From Cirrosporium novae-zelandiae (taxonomy: Eukaryota): a DNA stretch of 64,000 nt. The DNA lies in assembly GCA_026023565.1 (NCBI GenBank), contig JAPETS010000011.1, forward strand, positions 434,001 through 498,000. The letters run 5' to 3'. Below, piece after piece: positions 1 through 17,115 of the stretch. Position 1 is the first letter of the stretch. Each line of letters starts with the position of its first letter. The translations under genes and the position numbers were made by a program. The notes below the pieces were generated by a model. That model saw only the letters and a list, made by a program, of their open reading frames with translations, did not search any database and was not told the DNA's origin.

Positions 1-1226
1 GTTGATTATGACCAAGATGTCATCGAGATTGTACCCGAGAAGGGGGCCGATAAGGTCAAAACTTTCGTTGTGAAATCCAGAAATAGTGCTGGAGAGATTA
101 CCACCCGCAGAGCCAAAAATGTTGCTATTGGTGTTGGAGGCAGGGCAAACATCCCTGCACCATTCCCTCAAAACCACCCTCAGATTCTCCACTCTTCGTG
201 CTATTCCATGACCGTTCAAAAAGCACTTCCAGACCAAAACAAGAACTACCGCATTGCTATAATTGGCAATGGTCAAAGCGGTGCGGAGATTTTCAATGAT
301 CTCCATACCCGGTACCCCAATGCGCATACAAAGATGTTCATCAAGGGTCCTCATCTACGACCAAGTGATGATTCACCATTGTGAGTATTTTTCTGATTGC
401 CTCTACATTTAGACTTTTACATTTCCAACCCCTTGACCCTACCAGTTTGCTCACCACGTCCATCTGGCGTCATTCTTCCCTGTTCCTCATGACCCATCTT
501 AAAAAAGCCAAAGCTAACAAATACTTTTCTAGCGTAAACGAAATCTTCGATCCCGACCGTGTCGACCCCTTCTTCAATCAAACGGCCGAAGAACGTGCCG
601 TGGCACTCGCCTCCGACAAACCCACCAACTATGGTGTGGTGCGTCTAAACCTCCTCGAGCACCTCTACAGCACCATGTACCTCCAACGGCTCCGCAACCC
701 CAACGAAGAAGAATGGCCGCACCGCATCCTCAGCCGCCGAACCGTCACAGGCTGCACCGTAGACGCCTCCGGCAAAATCCACCTGCAGGTCGAGAACAGC
801 GCCACTAAGGCCGCCGAACCGGAAAAATACGAGTTCGACGCCGTCTTTGTGGCCTGCGGATACATTCGCAACGTGCACGAGGACCTCCTACGCGACGCTC
901 GCGGTCTGATGCTAGGTGGGGACGTCGCCGACAACAAATGGCAAATCAACCGCAACTATCGCGTCAAGTTCCAGGATGGCGTTGTGAGCGATGATGCCGG
1001 GATTTACCTACAGGGGTGCAATGAGAAGACTCATGGCCTGAGCGATACCCTGTTGAGCGTGCTGGCTAATCGGAGTGGGGAGATGGTTGAGACTCTGTTC
1101 GGAGATAAGGCGGGGGACTTCGGAGCTGCGAACGGTACCGCCGAGGCAGCCGCTGTAGCAAGCAAACTCAAGAGTGAAGCCAACGTTGCTGTCAGCAATG
1201 TGGAAGCCGCTACAACGACTGCATAA
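1..1226 (+). CDS. sidA: L-ornithine N5-monooxygenase (siderophore biosynthesis), 5'-truncated by the window edge; intron 381..532
   Basis: Motifs IAIIGNGQSGAEIF, LRPSDDSPF|VNEIFDP, TNYGVV, ACGY and LQGCNEKTHGLSDTLLSVLA are typical of SidA/PvdA. The GTGAGT..CTAAC..TAG intron joins ORFs 70..384 and 381..1226 in frame. Confidence 0.95.
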
Positions 1227-1770
1227 AGTCACAAAGCGAAAGTAAAAGGAGACTGACATGAAAAAACTTGACTACACACATATACATCATTACCCCCAAA
1301 AGAAGAAGAAGAAGAAGTAGAAGCAAAAAAGAAACCCCCCAACCCCAAAAGTCAAAACCCAAGAAGTCGAGACTCGAATGTCTCCTTCTCTTACATAACT
1401 TCACCGTCACCATGATAATCATACTCCCCCATAAAAAAACACAACCCCCCTTATTCCCCTCCTCCTCCCTCCTTCTTCTTCTTAGTTATTTATTATTTAG
1501 TTAATTAGTCAGAGCTAGCCAGTCAAAGTCCACACCCCCCAAAAAGTTAATAGAAACATCTATGATACCCCCCCCTTTAAATATTTTTTTCTTTGTTCTC
1601 TTGGTTTTTTAGCAACTGTATAAAGTCACCTACACATATATATATGCATCATGACCCCCGACCCAAAAAAAGAAGCAATTAAAAAAAAAATCGAGATTTG
1701 AATAATCCAAGACTTGCTCTCTCTTCTAAATAAATTTCACCGTCACTATACATACCCCTATAAAAAAAAG
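1224..1770. repeat. Degenerate tandem duplication (~397-bp period) of the sidA stop/3'UTR region
   Basis: TAAAGTCAC at 1224 and 1621; TTCACCGTCAC at 1400 and 1736; TCGAGA and CCCC(T/C)ATAAAAAAA appear in the same order in both copies. Confidence 0.65.
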
Positions 1771-2770
1771 TTATATCTCCCCCCCCCCTATTTTTTTTCT
1801 TTTCTCTTTCCTCATTTCCGTCCCCCATGTCACAAATAAAACAATCTAACTATCCAAAAAAAAAATTCAAAAATGATCTTCATCTAATTTATTCTACTTA
1901 CATCATTTCCTAAACAATCAAAAAAACAATTCTATTCAAATAATCTCTAATTCCCATATCCCCTATATCCATATCCATATCTTCTCATGATCACCTGGGC
2001 CCTTGACAAAAAGGCAAAAAAAAAAAAAAAGGTTTGATAGAAAAACAAATGAGAAAGAGGGAGCAAGCAGGCAAGCAATGGCGTGGCATGGTATATATAT
2101 GGATGGATTGGATGGACTCAACCAATACATATCATATCATATCAGCTAGATATGCTATCAATCGATCAAGCAATTGATCAAGCAATCGATCATTGACGAC
2201 ATGTCATAGTCCCGGCTCAGACTGGCCTGACAAATCCCGTGTCGAATCATATCAGGTCACGTCATGCCATGCCATGTTCCCACACATGTTCCATTTATAA
2301 CATATCAAACGTATAACCCATCCATCCATCCGTTAATGATGAACTGACCGCACTCCCAAAAAAACCCAGACCCAGCCCAGGACCAACCAAACCAAATCAA
2401 ATGCCCAAGCGTTTGTACCCATATTGATACCCGTTCCTATTCCATATGAATCCGATGGCCCATGTGCGCTAATAATCGACATGACCATAAAAAATGAAAA
2501 AAAAATGATAAACATATGAAAGGTTTATGTGGTGGTGGCGTATCAAAAAAATGCCTGCCTGCATGTACATACAATTCAGTGTAGCCGAGAGGTTGGAATT
2601 CCGGATTCAAACGCGCGGGGAGTGAGGGGTATGATAACAGAAGAAAAAAAATCTGACAGGGGTCAAGATGCTAGCTTCCCGTCTTATCGTAGAGTAGCTC
2701 TGCCACTCAACATCACAAAATTGTTTCAGAGGTCAAAACGAAAAGAATCCCCCCACTATCACACCATCAT

Positions 2771-4891
2771 TCACATAACAGTGCACCCTCCACTTCTAGC
2801 CCTCCTTCTGCGTCCTCCGCCAGGACCACCATCATCTCCCTCCTCCTCTGCATGCAATAATGCTGCTTCCCTCAATCTTCTCCTTCGTCTTCTTGCACCG
2901 GCGCCACCCCCACCAGCACCAACCTCCTCATTCGCCATCATATAAGCCGCCCATTTTCTATCCAGTCTACTTGCGGCCATCAATTCCCCCCTCAATACTC
3001 GGTTCGTATGCTCTTCGACCGTCTGCATCCACCCGAAGAAGCATTTCAATGAAATGATTTCTGCCGGGAAGGACTCTGGGGAGGACGTGTTGACGTCTGT
3101 GAATGGGTGATGCGTTTCGCTATTGCGCGCCAGAACCTCACGCACACCAGCCCAAGTCACATTTTGACAGTCATAGCAAACCATGCGCATGCCAATTATG
3201 GGGGCACCAGTGTGCGGTCGCCCTTTGTTACGTTTAGCAACCTGGGATGAGGCTTCAGCAAGGACAAGATCTGATATGCGAGTGTTGTCCATATAAAGGG
3301 TATGGAGGTTGGGAGAAGCTTTGAGAACAGCAAGCATGCCCAAGTCGCCAAGGTTTTCACAGTAGGAGATGTTAAGATGTGAGAGGTGGGGTGCACAGGG
3401 GGAGCGGGCAAGGGTTTGGAGGAAAGCGTTGGTGAGTTCATCAAACTCTTCAAGGTCAAGGTGGGTTAGATTGGGACAAGTAGTCACAACGTGGCCGAGG
3501 GTATCCTCGGTGATGCCCTTGATAAAGGAGAGTTGAAGGCCTTCCATATTAGGACAGTTGTGTGCAAGAGTTTCGATGCCTCTGTCCGTGAGGTCAGTAC
3601 AGCCGCTGAGATCTAGATGTTTAAGCCTTCGAGGAGGGACAATTGGAAGGTCGGTCAGGGGATCCATGTCTGGGTTTTGACCCTGCATAAGTACAGAGAG
3701 ACTTTGATCCGTCACGTCGGTGTTGATCAAAACGAGTCGTTCCAGCGAGTTTTGCTTGAAGAGCTCCAACATAAGTTCCTCGTTGTCGAGTTCCTTCACT
3801 CCTCCAGCTCGAAGCTCACTCAGCAATGGGCAGCATTCAACTACTCGTTTCAATCCTTTAGCGTCAATGTTGCAACAAAACGAAACATCCAGATATTCCA
3901 GCTTTGAGCATTTGCTCGCCAGGATTTTCATGGCTGAATTGTTGGCTGCCGAAAGGGCAGCAAGGTTCACCCATACGAGATTTCGATTCCGCAGGAAGAA
4001 GGAATGCATAGATGCTCTATCGATCCGGCTACCCTCTACATTAAAATATTCGAGATTCCGACACAAATCCGACAACGTACTTGCTTCCCTGCCCCAAAAG
4101 TCTTTCAATTGTATACATCCTCGCATATTTAATTCTCGAACAAAGGGTCCGGCATGTGTAATAATCTTAACCAAGGCTTCTGCTGGAATATCTTTGTAGA
4201 ACTCTGTAAAGTCAAGGGTTTTCCAAAGCTGACCGTCGAAGCACATTCGATGCCATGCCTTGGACACACCCGAACATTGAACAATCTCCTTCGGCTTTAG
4301 ATATTGGAATATATGAACTTTAATTTCATCTGGCATGTCTTTCCAGAAATCAAATAACCTCTTCTTCTTTGGTTTTGGTTTTGATATCGGTCTCGTAAAG
4401 TAGTCGCCCCCTTCCCAATTCTTCATTACCAGCATACCCTTGGATCCAGACCGAACATCGGCTGGCAAAGGTATTGTGTTCCCCAGCGTACCAATACCCT
4501 GTCCTACCAACCGTACACGTGCCATCGAGTCGAAGAACTGGGCGTCTAGTCCTGGTGTGCTAGAACCGGAGGTAGGAGCAGTTGAATAGCCCGACATCTG
4601 GGATGAATGGGAGTTCCCATAGGAATGTCCGTACATCGACGGTGAAGAAGCTAGAGAAGCACACGACATTGAACCTTTGCCATTGCTTCTATAGTCCCCC
4701 GATTTTGATCGTCCCAATTTAGCCAGCGCCGGTGAGGATGACATCCGCTGAAGGCGTTGTATGATTCGTTTATGTCCCGAGCGTTTTGGAATCGGGGCTT
4801 CGTCGTGGGGGATTTCGATTAAAGGACTTCGAGGAGGAATATTTCCTCCACCGGTTTCGAGGATAATCTCTCGAGCTGATATTTCCACCAT
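2771..4891 (-). CDS. F-box/leucine-rich repeat protein (FBXL2/FBXL20-like) with C-terminal CaaX
   Basis: 706-aa ORF with an F-box (MPDEIKVHIFQYL...VSKAW...LW), multiple LxxLxLxxCxxL/ITD LRRs, and the end RRRRARSGGCTVM. Confidence 0.9.
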   Translation of the reverse strand: MVEISAREIILETGGGNIPPRSPLIEIPHDEAPIPKRSGHKRIIQRLQRMSSSPALAKLGRSKSGDYRSNGKGSMSCASLASSPSMYGHSYGNSHSSQMSGYSTAPTSGSSTPGLDAQFFDSMARVRLVGQGIGTLGNTIPLPADVRSGSKGMLVMKNWEGGDYFTRPISKPKPKKKRLFDFWKDMPDEIKVHIFQYLKPKEIVQCSGVSKAWHRMCFDGQLWKTLDFTEFYKDIPAEALVKIITHAGPFVRELNMRGCIQLKDFWGREASTLSDLCRNLEYFNVEGSRIDRASMHSFFLRNRNLVWVNLAALSAANNSAMKILASKCSKLEYLDVSFCCNIDAKGLKRVVECCPLLSELRAGGVKELDNEELMLELFKQNSLERLVLINTDVTDQSLSVLMQGQNPDMDPLTDLPIVPPRRLKHLDLSGCTDLTDRGIETLAHNCPNMEGLQLSFIKGITEDTLGHVVTTCPNLTHLDLEEFDELTNAFLQTLARSPCAPHLSHLNISYCENLGDLGMLAVLKASPNLHTLYMDNTRISDLVLAEASSQVAKRNKGRPHTGAPIIGMRMVCYDCQNVTWAGVREVLARNSETHHPFTDVNTSSPESFPAEIISLKCFFGWMQTVEEHTNRVLRGELMAASRLDRKWAAYMMANEEVGAGGGGAGARRRRRRLREAALLHAEEEGDDGGPGGGRRRRARSGGCTVM

Positions 4892-6124
4892 CTTGAAGGG
4901 TTAGAAAGTCGCTGTGCGTTTGAAAGGGTTTGATAGATGACTAGAGCCTCGTGCTCTGCCCCGTGTTATCGGATATTGGATCTCGTGCTATTGAAAAGCT
5001 TATGGTGATTTCTTTCAAGTCAAAGGGTAGTGAAAGAGAAGTTGCAACAGGTCATGAAGAAGGCATGATTAATTTCAGTGGAACAGTCGACAACTCAGTG
5101 GTACAATGGACGCAGGAACTTATGAGTATGAGGATTATGGTTCGTTCGGAGAGTAAAGTCACTCCACTAGAAGTTTGCGGGGATAGACCTTTCACGATCA
5201 GTGGACTGGTTTCAGTTGACAAGTGGAACGAGGATGAGTGTGTATATGTAGATGGTCATTCAGAAACATTGGCAAGGCGGTTTCTTGGGCTTCTGATACG
5301 AATTGAAGATTCAAGAAGAAAGAGTTTTTGGACGGGTGATCTGATTATTTTGATCAGATGAGAAGAATGGGAATAAGTTGAGTTGAAAAGATTTGGGCCA
5401 TGAAGGGTCCAAAGGGTCGGGTGAACTCTGTGTGTCTGTTCTGTGTCTGTTGTGTGTTTATCTGACTGTCTACCTTTACAATACAAAGGTACATAGTATA
5501 TAGTACAGTACGAATACACATAACATTCAGCTTGACATTCAGTAATAGGCACCATCCATCATCATCCATCATCATCCATCATCAACAAATACCTTCCCCC
5601 TCTGTTTGGTACAACCAACAAAGCGGCTTTTATCGATTAGCGATAACTACATTGATAAGTGTGTAGCTAACGATAACCTAACACCACCACCCTTACCCCC
5701 AACATCGTCACCACCCAATGGCCTTTTTATTTATTCCTCACTCCCCACATATCCAACCTCCTCGTGACTCGATCAATTCATTTATTATTTCGGTTTTATT
5801 ATTCTTGTTCAAAACAAGTTCGGTGGAAGGAGGGTAAGATATTATTCCAGCTGCTTCTGACCGCTGCTGATTGACTGATTGCAAAAGCCTCCAAACCTGA
5901 CAGCTGCAAGCAATCCTTGTTGCTGCTGGAACTATCGGTCGTCCTTCCAACACGCGCGGTTGGATCAGAAGATGCAGCGTCGTATTTGTTTGCCAACCCG
6001 CCATCTAAGACAACGCCTAAGTACCTTGATGAAGTACCGAGGAGAGCTTACTTTCCTTTTCAGAGTTCAGGTGCCGCTTAATATAGTACCCTGATCCATT
6101 CATTATTCATTCATTTATTCACCT

Positions 6125-6760
6125 CTAGTCCTTTGTCGTACTTGTCTCATTGTCTCGACAACCTTCTTTGAACTTGGCCAAAAACAACGTGTGAATCCCT
6201 CGCAAGATATAGACTATCCAGCTAATAAATCGGTTTCAGTAAAACTCTGCTTGGATACTCTGATACAGGACTGGCTCCGAATGTCCAAGTTTCGAAACCC
6301 AAAAATCCAAATCCCATCCAATAAGCCTGTCGTGTCTACCTTTTCAGACCAGTAAACCCAATCATGATTATCTCTGCCAAGTTGACCAAGCCGATTAAAC
6401 ATGCAATGAACATTGAAAGTTATCCACAGCTTCCCGAAAATCGCCTCTTCCACCAATCCATGTTCATCGGGATCCATGCTGAAGGCGAACCCTTCAAACC
6501 AGTTGGTCGGCTCGTTGGGGGCCACGGGGGGGCTTGTTCGGGCTCTCCCAAGTGGTTCGGGGCTGCCGTTCGGGGTTATTGGTTATTCCATGCCTCGGAA
6601 AAAGAAACCCCTAAAAATGAAATAAGCCCAACTTAATTTTGCTTGTTGTTAGGATTTTGGTCTTTTAAAAATTTCTTCCTTTGGCTCTGAATTTTCAATC
6701 CTCTCTAAGTAATGTTCCAGAAGGATGAATAGTCTAGACTAACCCTTAATTGCATATACA
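6125..6760 (-). CDS. Small hypothetical spliced gene (tentative)
   Basis: The frame of ORF 6214..6525 stays open upstream to a CTAAC..TTTTAG acceptor at 6611; candidate donors and acceptors lie on both sides. No family recognised. Confidence 0.3.
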
Positions 6761-7223
6761 TGTCACCGACTTCTAGTACAGAAGTCCGGTGTAATATTTC
6801 CAGGTACCGGTAGCTATGTTTTCATTCATACATAATTGTCTAGCTAAGCTCCTATATAAAGGAAGACAGCCAACCATATATATCTCATATCTATTGAGAT
6901 TATCGCATGAAGCATGCATCTAGATTTATTCGTAGCAAGGCCCCGCACTCCATCTTTGCCAACATTATTGACTCTCCGCATATCAATCGTTGCTTCTCAA
7001 GGGCCCTGGGTATCTCGAAACTAGTAAAACACTTGCCAAAATCCCATGCTAATTGTAATTCAAATTCCGTCTAAGCATGCCTGCTCCCATCTAATGCTCC
7101 TGCCATTCCGTTGCCGTAGTTTTCGTCGCCTGCATGAATTTGACACTCGCATAATGTAAACGATTGAGGATTGCCTTGAGAAGTCCCCTCGCTCCGGTTT
7201 CTACGACCCCTACCCAGTACTCC

Positions 7224-11095
<3,872 letters not shown>

Positions 11096-13294
11096 GGCGT
11101 TGGAACACGGCGGAACCAGCTGAATGAGCGGGGAGGGGGGGAACAACCGGCGAGGACCTCCCGAGGAATTGATTCCGAACTTGATTGATTTCCTCGAGAC
11201 TCGGGTGAAAAAAAAAAAGTGAAGATTATGTAAAGAACAATGGAAACCAGAGTCCCAAGGCCTAAGTAGACATTAATGTTGGTCTAGTATGACTGTTGAA
11301 AAATGTGGAAGGAATCTATCAAGGGTATGAATTGTTTTGCAGGAAATTGTGTCCACAAGTCCATGAGCTTGCAATACAATACCCGTAGTCAATATGGACC
11401 CTGAATTGTATGTATGTATGTATTGTGTGGTATGTATGTACTGTATAAAGGGTTATGACTGGGTGGTTTGTGACTTTTTTTTTCAGTAGTCAAACGGCGG
11501 AAGGGTGAAGGCTCGTCCTCATAACATGATCTGCATCACAAGCTAGGGCGTCAGGATACGGAGGGAGAGAATGGGTGCTAGATGCACCGTGTATGGTTAG
11601 ATGGATTCAAAGGGAACGAGGAGCTTTTTCCAGCAGACCATCAAGAAAATTCTCGACGAGGGCGTTGGGAAAGATAAAGGTAAAGATTGTAATTTCTGTG
11701 TGGAGAAGTGTATGATGGCCGTATCATTTAAGACGATTGGGGAAGGGCTTTTTTGGCGAGTGTTTGATCCCGACTGTGAAATAGCGAAATAGCGAAATAG
11801 CTTTTTAGGTCCAGTACACAGGTACGGTGGTAGAGTCTCCTGTAGGCTGTTGGCTGTTGGCTGTTGGCTGTTGGCTGTAGCCTCAAGTAGGGAGTGGTAG
11901 GCATGGTCGGCGTGGCAGGTTAGGTCGGCTGGGTAAGGTAGGCTACTACTTTTTTTGACTTGGGCCTTTTCGCTGGGTTGGTCACTGGGCGCTGGGCACT
12001 GGACAAACTTGGGTTTAATGACTGAATCTGGGCGGACGACTGCGTTGGACTATGCCCGGCATTCCGACATTCCGGCCAAACTCCTCCTCGGGTCAATCCC
12101 CCCCCCCCATTAGCCTTTTTCTACCCTTAACGTCACCGTCACCGAAATTCTTCTCATTCTGTCTATAGAGCTTCTTGCATATCAGGCCGCAACATCCAGG
12201 TCAAAATTCCCTTGAAATTACTGATACAACTACTATCTGCTAGAACCTTGTCTTGTGAGCCTGTGAAAGCTGTGAGGGTTGTCAGATTTATGGTCATGGT
12301 GCTGATAGTTCTTTCATCCCCTCAAGGACAAGCAAGGTACAAAGACCAAAGGTCCTCTTCGGTTACACTGAGCTGTTTGCATCCCCCCAAAGTCTCAAAT
12401 ATGAAAGTCCTAAGGCTGCTATGAAATATGACGCCCATCATGCACCCACCCTCTTGAGTCGATCCCGGAAATCACGCGGCGAGGCCATGGATGACAGACG
12501 ACAGAATAACATCATATTGAAAAGAATATCATGAGACTCATCTTAAACCCCAGGCTTCCTTTGTACCGAGGGAATTTGGTATTGTTGGAGGGCATGGCAT
12601 CAATTTAATTCTCAGTGGTGTTGCTATCATTTCCGGTCTCTATCTGCTACAAATAACCTAATAAAGTTCGTTCAACGATCAGGTTACTCCACACTTTTTG
12701 ACAATATTTTTTACTGGTGAATGAGCCTACCAATCCCTAGGGCTTGATTTGTACGCATCAAGGAAATACAGGCGGTGGTGATTAATCATACCGATTCTTT
12801 TTCAACCTTTTTACTTGTCATTCAAACTCCTTTCCTTCAGGTGTTCAGCGAATTTTTCTGCGAGACCGCCGGGATCCGGATTATCCATTCGTCGCTGATA
12901 GGCCATCTCTATGGGCCATCATGAACGAATTATGACTACACGTGGTCTTGGTATAAATTTGTAAGTATTTTGATAATTGATTCATAGTATTCTGAATCAA
13001 TGCATATAAGATGCTGAGTCAAAGATACAGAATTCCTGCTGCATTCTCTTCTAGCCAGAGAAGTGCCCTTAAGAGCATGCTCAAAGGAAATGAAAGTGTT
13101 TCACTCTCATCATGGTAAATAATTCGTGCTATTTCCATCCTAACTCATAAAGTCGCATCTTTTCTTCGTCCAGTTTTTCGTCGCCTCCACTCGGAAATCG
13201 TAATGGCTCGAATCGTCGTGGTAGAGGAGTAATTCTCCTATGTATCTTTCGAAGGTCCAGAGTTCACCTAATTAAGCTCAATGCTGTCCAATCC

Positions 13295-16200
13295 TCACTG
13301 ATCACAAACACAACCACACTCCGGAACAGGGCAAACACTATGTCCTTTGAACCACTCCCTTGCATGCGCAAAGTGGAATCCGTGTCTGCATCTCACACAA
13401 ACCGTAACAAATGATTTCATGATATCCCCAACTTCAGTCTGCTGTTCTTGCTCAGGGTCCTGGTCGTTTGTACCTGCATTGTTCGTGCCATCCTTACTAG
13501 GGTTAACAGCATCTGAACTATTCGTGTTATTTATGGCCGTGGACATTGATGACGAATCCATTGGGATCCCTTCGCCACCCAGTTCCATAGCACAAACTCC
13601 ACATCTAGGCATTCGCCTCCCACACTTTGGACAACTGGTTTCCCCACTCAGCATCCTTGTTCCGCTCTTCCCTCTCCTCCCAGCTTTAGGTGCAAGAGGA
13701 TGTCCCTCGGTTCTTTGCCTACCCTTTTCAATACTTTCTCCTACGTCTCCGACGTCGTCATCAAACCCATTATCTTCCTTGGAGAGGTCAGAGCTACAAT
13801 ATGCACATGCGAGACTGACTTGGCGCGGAGGGGGTGGGATAGAGGTGTTGTGGTGGGCAGAACGGGCAAGACGGGAAGAAAGCACATCGAAGCGAACCCG
13901 TGGCAATGGGAGTGAGATGGTTTGTAGATATTGGCGGTAGGTTTGACGGGCAAGGAAGAATGGAAAGGGTTCCTGTGTCTTAGGGTCGGTCTTGGCGCAT
14001 GTAGTTGATATATATCTGGGGCATGCAAACGAGAGCGCAAGAACTGGAGTTTGGAGATCTGAAGTCTGAACGTGATAATTGTGGAAAAGAGCGAGAGCTT
14101 GTGAAGTTAATCCGGTAAGCGGTAGGGCTGATATGTCACCATGGGATATTGCGTCGGATGTTGTGATTTCTAGCCATGATGTCAGTTGTTTATCAGGAAG
14201 ATTCCGAACTGCTACGATTATACGATCCAGCAGTGGAAGAGACGTCTCGCGGAGGACGTGGGCCCAGCTATTAGAAGAAACCAGCGCCATTATAGCACGA
14301 GCATATGGATCAGAGAGTTCTCGCGCAATATCTCTACAGGTAGAGGTCCAATCGTCAAATGCGTCGGTATTTGATAAGGTAGAATGGGTAGCCACGACAG
14401 CAACTCCCAAAGCAAGTGTCTTATGCGATTGTGTTTTCCCAGCTTTAAGAATACGGTAAGCTCGTTTAGTTTCGTCATGTACAAGAGCGATACATGCGGC
14501 TTTGGTGTGTTGGTTTTTAGAGATTGCTTTTCCAATTTCAGAATCAAGAGAGGAGGGATCCAGAGGGGCACCGCAGGTATAGAGAGCAAGTTGCCTGTTG
14601 ACAGGGTAGGATGTTGAAATTCCGTTGAAAGGAATGAGGTCAATATCTTCCACCAAACCAAGAATTGCATCAGAAACGGAGGTAGTAGCATGGTGGAAGT
14701 TGGAGGTTTGACGGAGACTAAGATCAGGACCTTGTATACGTTAATAGAGATAATGAAAATTGGAATTGTGAAGGATATACCGAGATTTTCACTCCATATT
14801 AGGTTGACGCCAGCGAAGCTCAGATCCAGGCCTTTATGTACCATACCCTCGTCAACAGCCTGTGTCTCAGCCCCTAACAAGGTGTTAGCATTGTACATCA
14901 CCATCTCATCAAAGAAACTTACGTCCAATCCACTTCCACATCTCCTTTAACCAGATGTCATCCTCAACTATCTGCTCATTTTTCTTGCAATCAAAAAGAT
15001 ATCCTGCCTCGCATCGACGTCTTATGATGTCATCGAGAATCAAAGCATCTCCCAATCTTCCCTTTGATCCCGGAGGACCAAATGAAAAAAGTTCTTCGTG
15101 CATTTCACGACTTGACCTTGGATCGATTGCTTTGGTTTCCTCTTCTTCAACAGAACTCTGTTCTAGGGCGGCATCCTCCTTTACTATATTTGCCTCGGCT
15201 AATCGTCGAGCTCGGATGGCGTTGAGTGTTTGAGATATGGGCTCGTCTGGTATGTTGGGTTTGATGACAGTAAATAGCCTATTTTTATGGATGGTGACCC
15301 CTTCTGAAGGGTAATCAATCGCGACAGCTTCCTCGAGCTCAGTATTTCCCTTTCCAACAAACAACTCCCCTCGGCTAGACCAATCTATTGAGGTGGGTGT
15401 AGGTAAAATATCACAAGTCTTGATTTCATTGTCTCCAAGTAAAGTAATTGCTCGATGTCCACAATATTGACCCTCGACGTTCATAAAATCGAAGGATACA
15501 ACACGTTTTTCTTCTTCACAACCGTAATGTTGATGATAAAAAGGATACCGCACCTCCTGGACACGTTTTGTGGATATCATTTCGGGAATCCCCTGGTCAG
15601 CCTGTTCACCTGCTATTTCTTGACGTTTTTGACGAATTTCATCATCAATAAAATCCTTGGTCATTTCATATACTTTGAACTCTCCGGTACTGGATAGGAC
15701 ACCTAGGCAGCCCCTCTTGGCCCTGCTAAAGCTCAGCTTCCAAATATTGGGATGGTGTTTTGGCACAGCTGTATCAATAACATTGTTGAATTCCAGTAAA
15801 GGGGAAAATGGATCAAACTCCATAACTGTGTTTTGAGATATAGCCTTATACGTAAGTCGAGGGCCAGTCCGGATGTCCCAGATACAGACACATGTATCCT
15901 TGATAGGAGCACAAGAGGCAAAATAATGCTCATCCAAAGGATCTATAGTCAGATTATGCACACACCGAGTGGGGAATTGCACCGAAGGACTCCCAGGAGG
16001 CTCCCTCAAATCATACACCCTGACAAACTGACCCTTCACACCTGCTACCAGCAGATCTGGCTGTGCTGCAAAGAACTTTACGCTCGTAATAGGTTCCGAG
16101 CTTGCGAGTCTCCTTATGGGGTCTTCCCTATGTTTTTTTGTCCCAAATCCTTGCTCAGGAAGGCATTGATTCAAATCCCAAACATTCAGGCAGAAATCGT

Positions 16201-16699
16201 TGCGCACGCGATCTAGACCCGCTGCCAACAAATTGGTGGTACTGAACGCAACCGAGTTGCAGAAGCGTTGGCTCCGCACAGGAAAAGAAAGAGCATCTTG
16301 AGAACCCTCTTCTCCAAGACGTAAAACAGTAGCCTCGCCAGAGGAGATTCCTACTGCAACAAGGCGATCATTTGTAGGATGCCAATCGAAAGTCCTGAAG
16401 ATGGGTACTTTTCCATGGGTTGCTAGGGTATCAAAATGCACCTGTTGGTTCGTCTTCAACGGGGACGTCGGACGACATAGCTTGAGCTCCCGGCGAGGAA
16501 CATCCACAAGAAGAAACCTTTGGTCGGAGGCCGTAGAGTGCGGCGACCATCGAATAGCTGTTTCCATCTCTTCCGAGTCGATACAATACCCCGTACTAGA
16601 TTTTACTTTTGTAGCAGAGACAGGACCCAAGGTCCGTCTTATGAATGTATTGATTACATTTTCCTTGCTGGGAGAGGAGGTTGTCGGTGGTCGGTCCAT
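13295..16699 (-). CDS. SEA4: SEACAT/GATOR2 subunit Sea4/MIOS (WD40 + solenoid + C-terminal Zn finger/RING); introns 14874..14922 and 14731..14780
   Basis: WD40 region LAAGLDRVRNDFCLNVWDL and C-terminal CPKCGRRMPRCGVC...CVRCRHGFHFAHAREWFKGHSVCPVPECGCVC. The three ORFs join in frame across canonical introns. Confidence 0.9.
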
Positions 16700-17115
16700 T
16701 TCGAAGGTTGGGTAAGGCTGAAGACTAGCGTCAGGTATTGCGTGTATGACGTGTTTCGATCACCGTAGAGATATTATTTTCTCAGGTTCATTCCATCATT
16801 GATATGGATTTCCATTTCTTGAGTAACTAAAGTTCAGTGCAACAAAACAAAACTGGTGATTTTTTGTTAAAGCTCAAGTAATTGAAATTTGAGTATCTGT
16901 TTGTGTTTGTCCTGCAAGAAGCCTTATTTATAGTACAACGGAAAAGATATCAATCCTTTGCGCCTTCCTACGTTGAAAAGACTTAGGGGAAACCGTCACC
17001 GCGGCTCATATTTCGAATGAGAGGCTTCTGAAGAAAACTCTAGTACAGAGTTCCCTAATTCTTCTTACGGAAGGAACTTGACATTCATTCTACTACGACC
17101 CAAACAGCCACCAAG

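Noticed and set aside
2070..2335. Loose inverted symmetry (GGATGGA/TCCATCC, GGCATGG/CCATGCC) between convergent genes
   Set aside because: Explained by simple repeats; no clean TIR or TSD.
1..4891. Siderophore biosynthetic cluster around sidA
   Set aside because: No NRPS, transacylase or siderophore transporter lies downstream in this window; upstream sequence is not visible.
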